DNA of 54,636 bases. Source: an uncultured Oscillospiraceae bacterium (GTDB lineage: Bacteria; Bacillota; Clostridia; Oscillospirales; Acutalibacteraceae). The position numbers and the translations under genes are program-made. Below, in pieces: positions 50,501 to 54,636 of this stretch (its first letter is position 1; each line of letters begins with the position of its first letter). A model generated the notes under the pieces. The model was not told where the DNA came from. It was given only the letters and a program-made list of their open reading frames with translations, and did not search any database. The stretch spans positions 1 through 54,636 of the forward strand of contig URGA01000001.1 of the NCBI GenBank assembly GCA_900547275.1. The letters are read 5' to 3'.

Positions 50501-51264
50501 CCCAAACAAATATTAGCAATTTCTGAAGTGTTGATTGTATGTTTTGCACTGAACAGGTTCTGAACGGTATTTCCCTGTGCATCTGTAATGTACGCATGGT
50601 AATATCCGTTGCTATATGTAAGGATATAGTGATAATCCTGACCAACTGTCAGCACGCTAGAGTTTGATGAAAGATTATATCCGTTATCAGTATTTCCGTA
50701 AAGCTGCTGGCCGTCAGCATAAGCAGGACCGTCGGCGTCCTGTGAAAATACGTAAGCAGATGAATTCATTACATCATTCTGTTTTGTAAGAGCTCCCGTT
50801 TTTCCTAAAAGAAGGAAACCATAGCGGGTTGATGCTGAAACATCATAGTCGGTATGTGTAAAGAACAAATCGATTTTGAAACTTTCAGCTCCGGTAATGG
50901 GAGTAACTGTTCCTCCGTCATACCCGCTTAAGTACATATAACCGTCTTCGATCTTGATACCGGCATTTCCGTTATCTTTGTTGTAAAGAGACGTACCACT
51001 ATAGCCGTTAACGGACCACGACATAGTGTTTCCGGTGTCCCCTACAATCGGTACATTGTCGACATAGCGAAGGAAATTATCGCCGTTGTCGTCCTGTACA
51101 ATTGCGCCGCTTTCATTTGTTCTCCATTCAGCCTTTGTGAAATCCGAAGAAGCAACCTGCGTCCACTCCATACCTGACGCAAATGCAACTAACGGAGCAC
51201 ACGTTGTCAACATGACAACAGCCAAAAACAGAGAAAGCAACTTTTTTGGAATTTTTCGTTTCAT
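44530..51264 (-). CDS. Giant secreted multidomain protein (2,244 aa): signal peptide, ConA/LamG-like domain, GH43-like beta-propeller, two more LamG-like domains, then about 1,150 aa unassigned
   Basis: ATG at 51264 (MKRKIPKKLL...AFA|SG signal peptide) lies 6 nt after GGAGGT. GH43-type triad motifs are ARDPYIM, RAWAPQAIW and LEGPQVY. A LamG-like hallmark is ISDFRIYNKALSANDI. No LPXTG, dockerin, SLH or choline-binding anchor was recognised. Confidence 0.88.
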   Translation of the reverse strand: MKRKIPKKLLSLFLAVVMLTTCAPLVAFASGMEWTQVASSDFTKAEWRTNESGAIVQDDNGDNFLRYVDNVPIVGDTGNTMSWSVNGYSGTSLYNKDNGNAGIKIEDGYMYLSGYDGGTVTPITGAESFKIDLFFTHTDYDVSASTRYGFLLLGKTGALTKQNDVMNSSAYVFSQDADGPAYADGQQLYGNTDNGYNLSSNSSVLTVGQDYHYILTYSNGYYHAYITDAQGNTVQNLFSAKHTINTSEIANICLGDDDSSYFSINMNYKSISFYTGEKNSASSDIPTSLNKYLFAYFTGNGETEEQIHLAVSDDGLNFEALNGNRSMLNLTASECYPKGEGIPESGSGIANSGHARDPYIMRAQDGSYYVFATDLNTQNGTNWANNSKILVWHIEDLTKIEEAVPWNIDMADIFGKAVDRAWAPQAIWDDVRGEYMLYWSNKTVDAGSTSIYYIYTPDFKTFTSEPKRLIANTSMSSTYDTIDGDIIYDNESELYYLFYKNDNEDDLYWATSTNVNGPYSGTNHFYDSDLGSLEGPQVYKLVSDGSYVMLADTYGNPRFAMFRSTNLDTLVTGRLSEGNISHLSPRHGSVTYITTEDYNALTDKYGKETYDSSAVKSGEDINDTLVARYFTNSDVTYDAASKNGSNTLTNVGVESVSNFNGRVAAKFTSNSSTSANKGGTYAYLKNTQELLNGINPKDGITLSWYGYGTSANSGRFFDLSTSDEGTIYWDGNEHSQNTESYAYATAAMEFGVNNHGSTTLSKGYMGDGYINNWHLYTMTITDGYFHFFVDGQLLRTIYSKDMSTVTTEGTPSYLASMNEEWFNEMVSSNLFFGISSYGEDNMLDGYISDFRIYNKALSANDISNSLAKLDSDVPNTDVDSSHRIYFDPFEDTSEGTAQYTKYDQTVEDPQNIHGKVLSYAEAKGSGVDSHYNYHGNVGNTAGYTISMFYNPGSEIKPEAIYSVGSPSDNQYFELLENGTLSFNWEEGGEASTIQIEGLFGDSSLTADTWNHIVIQIVPSGGYDIVYCYIDGSLVKKVNTYTECDTSSYSTSRSMHEFFNHDHSVAYGKTYSFNGNASDGFIDCYSIYDGIFSAESIFAQDSKTLANSLLKIAMSNFEEKMNSLNGENIYTNMSDAYVIYDRAKRYLAAITNGTKEMVPEEVTEIYVEMTNALNNMEIYTSPTTVKGWNTQNGTGISSEYTKNMLSTVNTSSIVQQSGTEDSFNSGICSGSFVWLYDGNEMTAPINAGIYRKSQGGVSIYGSAIYVTSGDIALGDLWHFDDNTLVLNGNHYASGWYIDYGTLMGNTEPNSNAYTVGCQTDNWKFGSNYIKYTGSQPSTYWTSTTPHYNSKHYWTGTFWTSGYVNHDITFNAPIYIINYVPVRNAMFDSKRLDVLSSIYDYNPASAKALLDAYDSLTSQTYLFDPDDPSTNGGATQDRVEALANKLESSVNALEAVDIKNITPNADYQPLIDAENRYSDNYEELLEGDAYKQYTSSTWNAFQSAYKAVKEHFNSLDPYGEDQPFVTDNKTIIRLTNNIVKSYAHLAEKADYTPVDEKVADGTVYTINNDQGNGTSVEDQIYTYSTYKPFSDAYGVADKISANTQDYKDNTPKYEVSYVKTNPDNGEYGPYIAFDANGNVVKDNVEDLDYYAYVGQYYDKEEDGSYSENYLETGDYICIDGEYINVRDYRYTIDNVSTSVLSQKQQNINTAGTNLEDTNNALAKVAADYDAYDATTTLLKYQDMAAFTDKYLESESSVYALVAQQGTRDAQVTYSNGVSTGKTVNTPAYSEDQSAPTAYITAEGRVWKNQNDQGALDTSTTAMLSALEEVNNDQTDLRRTYTVTFNIHLDDEDKDVKVNVPAQYYGDVYVAKISDGGSDVAGYSCYRWSVTDNGGTKNDIPAADSYTAMVNGDVTITAYCSKQEPDTEMAKVRILNQYGNAVQEYNVDADTVITVDQNQYKIGASVQNVADTPYFRFNSWTVNGKNVANGTEFTVKDKVNDENVVVLMPMYDIVESGAGPYTVTVDGKSVTPNNGGTIYYDTEVTVTVPEGSYGIAIEVDGKYYVASYLTSYEFFAVGDANFYAITKTDGAYTINGKVLDAESDSELISKLDAQLPFVYSSVAKNATLDGVTKYTTYSATTADVPESDSAVTVTEVGTIYTKDSNAAKSGDTFVIGAQNVNKIAAKNQLDTMQYFLRISNKDNSAYYTRAYIKYEYTAKVKMPDGSVETTVIQTIDYGNICFNGVTV

Positions 51265-51330
51265 AAATGAACCTCCATTAAGATTTAGTTGCCGACTTTT
51301 TACATTCCTGGCCACTTTTAAAACAAATTT

Positions 51331-51366
51331 TTAGGAAATAATTAAAAATATTCTAATTATTCCTAA
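51331..51366. repeat. Imperfect inverted repeat (candidate operator or 5'-UTR hairpin) upstream of the giant gene
   Basis: TTAGGAAATAATTA (51331-51344), 9-nt spacer, TAATTATTCCTAA (51354-51366). The arms are complementary apart from a one-A bulge. Confidence 0.55.
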
Positions 51367-51378
51367 ATATTCATATAT

Positions 51379-51408
51379 ATATTATTACATTAAAAGTAAG
51401 CTTGTCAA
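51379..51408 (-). promoter_or_regulatory. Sigma-A-type promoter of the giant gene
   Basis: Minus strand TTGACA (51408-51403), then 16-18 nt to an extended -10 region TGtAATAATAT (51389-51379). Confidence 0.45.
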
Positions 51409-51499
51409 GAAAAATGTTAAAAAAGTATGAATATATTTGAAATTTCTAAAAAAATTTATCAACTCGTAATTTTATTGGGCGATAATCCTAATATGTCGA

Positions 51500-52495
51500 T
51501 TAGTCACCGTCGTAGTTATTTAGAATTTCCAGTGATTTTTCCTTAATTCTTTCAACAAGATACTGAGGTTCAAGAACTTTAACGCCGGAGCCGTATTGCA
51601 TAAGCCAGCTTACAAAGCCGTCGCTTACTGCGGCGTTTATGGTTGTTTCAAAGTGATCTGAATCAACAGCTTTTAACGGTATTGAGGAGCCAAAGCGGTC
51701 CATCATTTCTTCCCTGAGATCAAGTTTACAAAGCAACCTAACCGGAGAAGTTTCACCGCTGAACATATTAAACATTTTTGAAGAATAATCCGCCGTATCA
51801 AAATGGTCGGTATATTCCGAAACTTCACATACCGGGCGCGACTGCTCGTCCAGTATTTCAACTTTACGAATTCTATCCAGTCGCAGATTCATAAGATTAT
51901 CATATTTCTCATTATTGCATACAAGATAATAATGGTCATCTTTCCATATAAGCGCATATGGAGAAACTCTGAATATTTTCTCTGTGTAACTTTTACGTTT
52001 TTCTTTGTCTATGTTTCTGCGCTTATATACAAACTTCACTTTATGCTTATGCATTATCGCTTCGTGAAGGCTATCGATTACATAGTATATTTCTTCGTTG
52101 TCACACTTATTTTGGCTTTCACAGTAAACCTGGCTGACCATCGCCTCGGCCTGGTGTACGGAAACAAGAGACTCCAGCTTGCTAATCAGCTTCTTAGTTT
52201 TTCCCGGTGTAATAAATCCTGCCGACATAACAGCGTCAATCAGCAGTCTTACCTCTGGTAATTCAAAAGACCTGCTTGCCATAAAAAATCCCCTTTTTGG
52301 AGAAGTTACCGAGCATATATCACAGCCTATTTCGCAGAGGGCTTCTATATCAGCATAGATAGATTTTCTCTCGCAGGGAATATCATATTCAGCAAGCATC
52401 TTTATTAAATCCGTTGTCGACAGCGGATGAAGTTCATCACTGTATTTGTCAAGGAACCGGTAAATAAACAATGTTTTCAATTTTGACTTTTGCAC
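51500..52495 (-). CDS. HTH + WYL-domain transcriptional regulator (YafY-like)
   Basis: N-terminal wHTH (KLKTLFIYRFLDKYSDELHPLSTTDLIKML...). WYL region (FRVSPYALIWKDDHYYLVCNN...LRLDRIRKVEIL) and a C-terminal WCX-like domain. Probable GTG start at 52495, 4 nt after AGAGGTGA; the track's ATG at 52597 would overlap the PBP gene by 77 nt. Confidence 0.8.
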   Translation of the reverse strand: MQKSKLKTLFIYRFLDKYSDELHPLSTTDLIKMLAEYDIPCERKSIYADIEALCEIGCDICSVTSPKRGFFMASRSFELPEVRLLIDAVMSAGFITPGKTKKLISKLESLVSVHQAEAMVSQVYCESQNKCDNEEIYYVIDSLHEAIMHKHKVKFVYKRRNIDKEKRKSYTEKIFRVSPYALIWKDDHYYLVCNNEKYDNLMNLRLDRIRKVEILDEQSRPVCEVSEYTDHFDTADYSSKMFNMFSGETSPVRLLCKLDLREEMMDRFGSSIPLKAVDSDHFETTINAAVSDGFVSWLMQYGSGVKVLEPQYLVERIKEKSLEILNNYDGD

Positions 52496-52520
52496 AATAT
52501 CACCTCTTGGCAATATTTTA

Positions 52521-53990
52521 CTATAAAGTCTCCAGCATTTCAACAAGATTTCTGAACACAGGACCGCAGTCGCCTGAGCCCGATTTACCGTCCTCATTCA
52601 TAACTACTATTACATATTCCGGATCATCATATGGATAAACGCCTGCGAAATACGTATGAAGAATTTCTTTTCCGTTTACATACTGACCTGACTGTGCTGT
52701 AGCAGTTTTACCTGCCGACTTGCCTTTATAGTCTGCAATGACACCTGTTCCCTTTTCAACAACGCTTCTCATATATGAAAGCAGTGTTTCAGCGTTTTTC
52801 TCAGACGTCACTCTTTTCTCTTCGACTACCTCTTTTCCCGTAAGCGAAGGAGTTTTATAAACTCCCCCGTTTGCAATAGCGGCAACGGCAAGCGCAAAGT
52901 GATACGGCGTATCTGTCAGCGCCCCCTGACCAAATCCAAGCAGTGCAAGCTGACCGTCTGACTGAAGAACAGATAATGACGGCAGATTTCCGTTTGATAC
53001 ATCCCAGCCGTCATAAAGTCTTGTTGAACTACCGAAGCCGAAATCAGAGGCTGTTTTATATAATTTTTCACGCCCCAGTTTAAGAGCCAAATTTACAAAG
53101 TAGCAGTTGCAGGAATTTTCAAGAGCTTCGCAAATGTGCTCCTTACCGTGAACATTATCGTTTTGACAAGCATACGTTGTGTCTCCTACCGTTATTGAGC
53201 CTTTACATTCATATTGCGGATCTATACCGTTTTCAAGCGCACAGGAAGCCACAATCAACTTGAATATAGACCCTACGCAGTAAGGAGATATAGCTCTGTT
53301 GTAATAATCATTTGGTTTGCTGACGCAGGCCAACATTCTGGACGTGTTTGCGTCAAGAACAACAACAGCACCTTTTTCAATCCCAGACGCCGCTTTTTCC
53401 GCCATTTCCTGAACTTCCCTCTCTATGGTAATTTTTACCTGTTCTGGAGCGTCTGTAGTCTCGGTAGTAACTTCACTGCTATCGCCTGTAAGAACCCTTC
53501 CCAGAGCGTCTACGGCAAAATTAATCTTCGTTTCGCTTACTACCTTGTTTGTATACGTTTCCAAGCCGCCACAGGAAATATCTAGAAGCTGGCGGCAAAG
53601 CATGTCGGGCGGGTTTTGGACTGTCCTTGTGTATATCTGAATGTATTTTGTTTTTTTATAATTGTCTACCTCACGGATAACAGGATAACCGTTAGATAGT
53701 TCGTCTGTTATTTCTTTGATTTCGTCTTTGTTAAAAAGCTGCGGCAGTTCGCTCATGCACTTTTCGTTTGGTTTAATTACCGCAACATACTCATTTTTAT
53801 AATTAGTAAGAGGGCTTTGATCTCGATCTACAATTTGAGTATATTTTTTGTCTATAGTAAGAGCATAGCTGTTATAGCTGTCAGAAACAGCGTAAGATTT
53901 GTCAAGTGAAATAAACAGTACCCTTGCGCCTGAAGCTGTAAGTAACAAACATACCGCAAGTAAAAATGCATTAATTCTTTTATTTGTCAT
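52521..53990 (-). CDS. Class B penicillin-binding protein (transpeptidase), PbpI/SpoVD-like size class
   Basis: N-terminal TM anchor. SxxK (GSIFK) and SxN (NSCN). The third box reads KTA (SAGKTATAQ) instead of KTG. Confidence 0.88.
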   Translation of the reverse strand: MTNKRINAFLLAVCLLLTASGARVLFISLDKSYAVSDSYNSYALTIDKKYTQIVDRDQSPLTNYKNEYVAVIKPNEKCMSELPQLFNKDEIKEITDELSNGYPVIREVDNYKKTKYIQIYTRTVQNPPDMLCRQLLDISCGGLETYTNKVVSETKINFAVDALGRVLTGDSSEVTTETTDAPEQVKITIEREVQEMAEKAASGIEKGAVVVLDANTSRMLACVSKPNDYYNRAISPYCVGSIFKLIVASCALENGIDPQYECKGSITVGDTTYACQNDNVHGKEHICEALENSCNCYFVNLALKLGREKLYKTASDFGFGSSTRLYDGWDVSNGNLPSLSVLQSDGQLALLGFGQGALTDTPYHFALAVAAIANGGVYKTPSLTGKEVVEEKRVTSEKNAETLLSYMRSVVEKGTGVIADYKGKSAGKTATAQSGQYVNGKEILHTYFAGVYPYDDPEYVIVVMNEDGKSGSGDCGPVFRNLVEMLETL

Positions 53991-54037
53991 AAAAAATTCC
54001 CCCTGTGTATTATGTACACAAGGGGATTTTTTTAGTC
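53991..54037 (-). terminator. Terminator hairpin after the U32 peptidase gene; its 3' arm contains the PBP gene's SD
   Basis: Minus RNA UCCCCUUGUGUA-CAUAA-UACACAGGGGGA then AUUUUUU-AUG. The stem is 12 bp including one G-U pair. Confidence 0.6.
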
Positions 54038-54636
54038 TTATTCATCGGTTCTCTGACGTCGAAACAATGCGTCCGGAGATATTTCCCTATCAACATCAAA
54101 AGAATATGTGTCAGTTGCCTTATTTGCAACGCTTACCTTTTCGCCGTCACATTCGTTAACAAGGTTTGAAACAGTAATTCTGTAAGGTTTCTTTCCCGGC
54201 TCAACAACTTCCAGTTCTTCTCCCTCATAAAAACGGTTTCTCTGGTCAACTGTAAGCCGTCCGTTTTCATATGAACGGAATACTGCGCAAACATCCCAAT
54301 GACGAATATAACCGCCGCTTTTCCATTCCTGGCCTTCTTTTATAGGCCCGAAATTAAAGCCGGTTGTATATACTCTGTGGCTCATTTTGTCCATTTCATC
54401 AAGTATCCACTGAGGTACTTTAAAATCAGCCGAGGGCGACTTTAAATATTCGTCAATAGCATTTCTGTAAGCATATGTCACAATAGCGGTGTAGTATTCG
54501 CTCTTTGCCCGTCCTTCAATTTTAAAGGAATCGATACCGGCTGAAACAAGCTCAGGAATATGCTCTATCATACATAAATCTTTTGAGTTGAAAATGTATG
54601 TTCCTTCGTCTTCCTGGTTTATAGGAAAATACTGAC
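54038..54636 (-). CDS. Peptidase U32 family protein (C-terminal part; 5' end off-window)
   Basis: The frame stays open upstream of the annotated Met to the window edge (...YIFNSKDLCMIEHIPELVSAGIDSFKIEGRAKS), the canonical U32 signature region. Confidence 0.85.
   Translation of the reverse strand, partial: QYFPINQEDEGTYIFNSKDLCMIEHIPELVSAGIDSFKIEGRAKSEYYTAIVTYAYRNAIDEYLKSPSADFKVPQWILDEMDKMSHRVYTTGFNFGPIKEGQEWKSGGYIRHWDVCAVFRSYENGRLTVDQRNRFYEGEELEVVEPGKKPYRITVSNLVNECDGEKVSVANKATDTYSFDVDREISPDALFRRQRTDE

Noticed and set aside
44361-51264. A complete lasso-peptide biosynthetic gene cluster around the micropeptide
   Set aside because: The neighbours are only the giant GH43/LamG protein and yicC. 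No cyclase, RRE, protease or ABC exporter genes are present, so only the precursor-like peptide is reported, as an orphan.
44530-51264. Polymorphic toxin plus immunity pair (giant protein C-terminus plus downstream small acidic ORF)
   Set aside because: The C-terminal region of about 200 aa looks like beta-rich repeat or Ig-like sequence. It has no recognisable toxin motif or pre-toxin (LXG, RHS, PT-TG, VENN) boundary. At 48 aa, the small ORF is much shorter than typical immunity proteins.
51265-51315. N-terminal extension of the giant ORF (GTG at 51315, MARNVKSRQLNLNGGSF)
   Set aside because: The ATG at 51264 has a GGAGGT SD at 6 nt and begins a canonical signal peptide. The upstream GTG has no SD.
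51803-52261. 152-aa plus-strand ORF
   Set aside because: It is antisense to the WYL regulator gene and is a low-complexity hydrophobic shadow frame.
1-54636. CRISPR arrays, tandem repeats, IS elements, rRNA/tRNA genes
   Set aside because: Reading by eye showed none. Every non-coding gap over 100 bp was inspected (1876-2018, 4092-4701, 9439-9587, 14483-14787, 18404-18585, 30948-31155, 44153-44360, 51265-51499), and they contain only promoters, hairpins or the T-box. A computational repeat, tRNAscan and Rfam pass would be needed for certainty.

Overview
This 54.6 kb window looks like a chromosomal segment, possibly a whole contig since genes are cut at both ends. The source appears to be a low-GC, endospore-forming Clostridia-type Firmicute. 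Supporting signs are spoIVA, a SipL-like gene, spoIIM-like and cwlD-like genes, strong GGAGG-type ribosome-binding sites, a T-box leader and standard code 11. About 57 protein genes are called and most are housekeeping. They include cwlD-radA; a XerD-like recombinase convergent with spoIIM; queA-tgt-yajC; asd-dapA-dapB; a T-box followed by cysE-cysS; recA-recX-rimO-pgsA; rpmB; der-plsY; yceD-rpmF; pgi; a D-Ala-D-Ala carboxypeptidase; mtaB; and a SipL-like gene with spoIVA. There is also a long block with the gene order of the Bacillus subtilis 'ylo' region: yicC-remA-gmk-rpoZ-priA-def-fmt-(Zn peptidase)-rsmB-rlmN-stp-prkC-rsgA-thiN. By eye I found no rRNA, tRNA, CRISPR array, transposase or prophage. 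The only clearly accessory locus lies at about 44.3-54.0 kb on the minus strand. It holds a class B PBP, a WYL-domain regulator, an AT-rich promoter region with a palindrome, and a 2,244-aa secreted multidomain protein (GH43-like plus LamG-like domains plus a long unassigned region). A 48-aa acidic micropeptide and a strong terminator follow. The micropeptide carries the sequence features of a lasso-peptide precursor (YxxPxL leader, Thr at -2, Gly at +1, Asp8/Glu9), but no maturase genes are in the window. I rate this the most interesting and least explained item. Other points worth a second look are a 610-bp ORF-free AT-rich gap with a near-consensus promoter, two terminator hairpins that bury the next gene's Shine-Dalgarno, a Cys (UGC) T-box, and a small Cys-rich locus that is open in two frames. 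All protein identifications come from motif and family recognition by eye. No database search, HMM or folding calculation was run.
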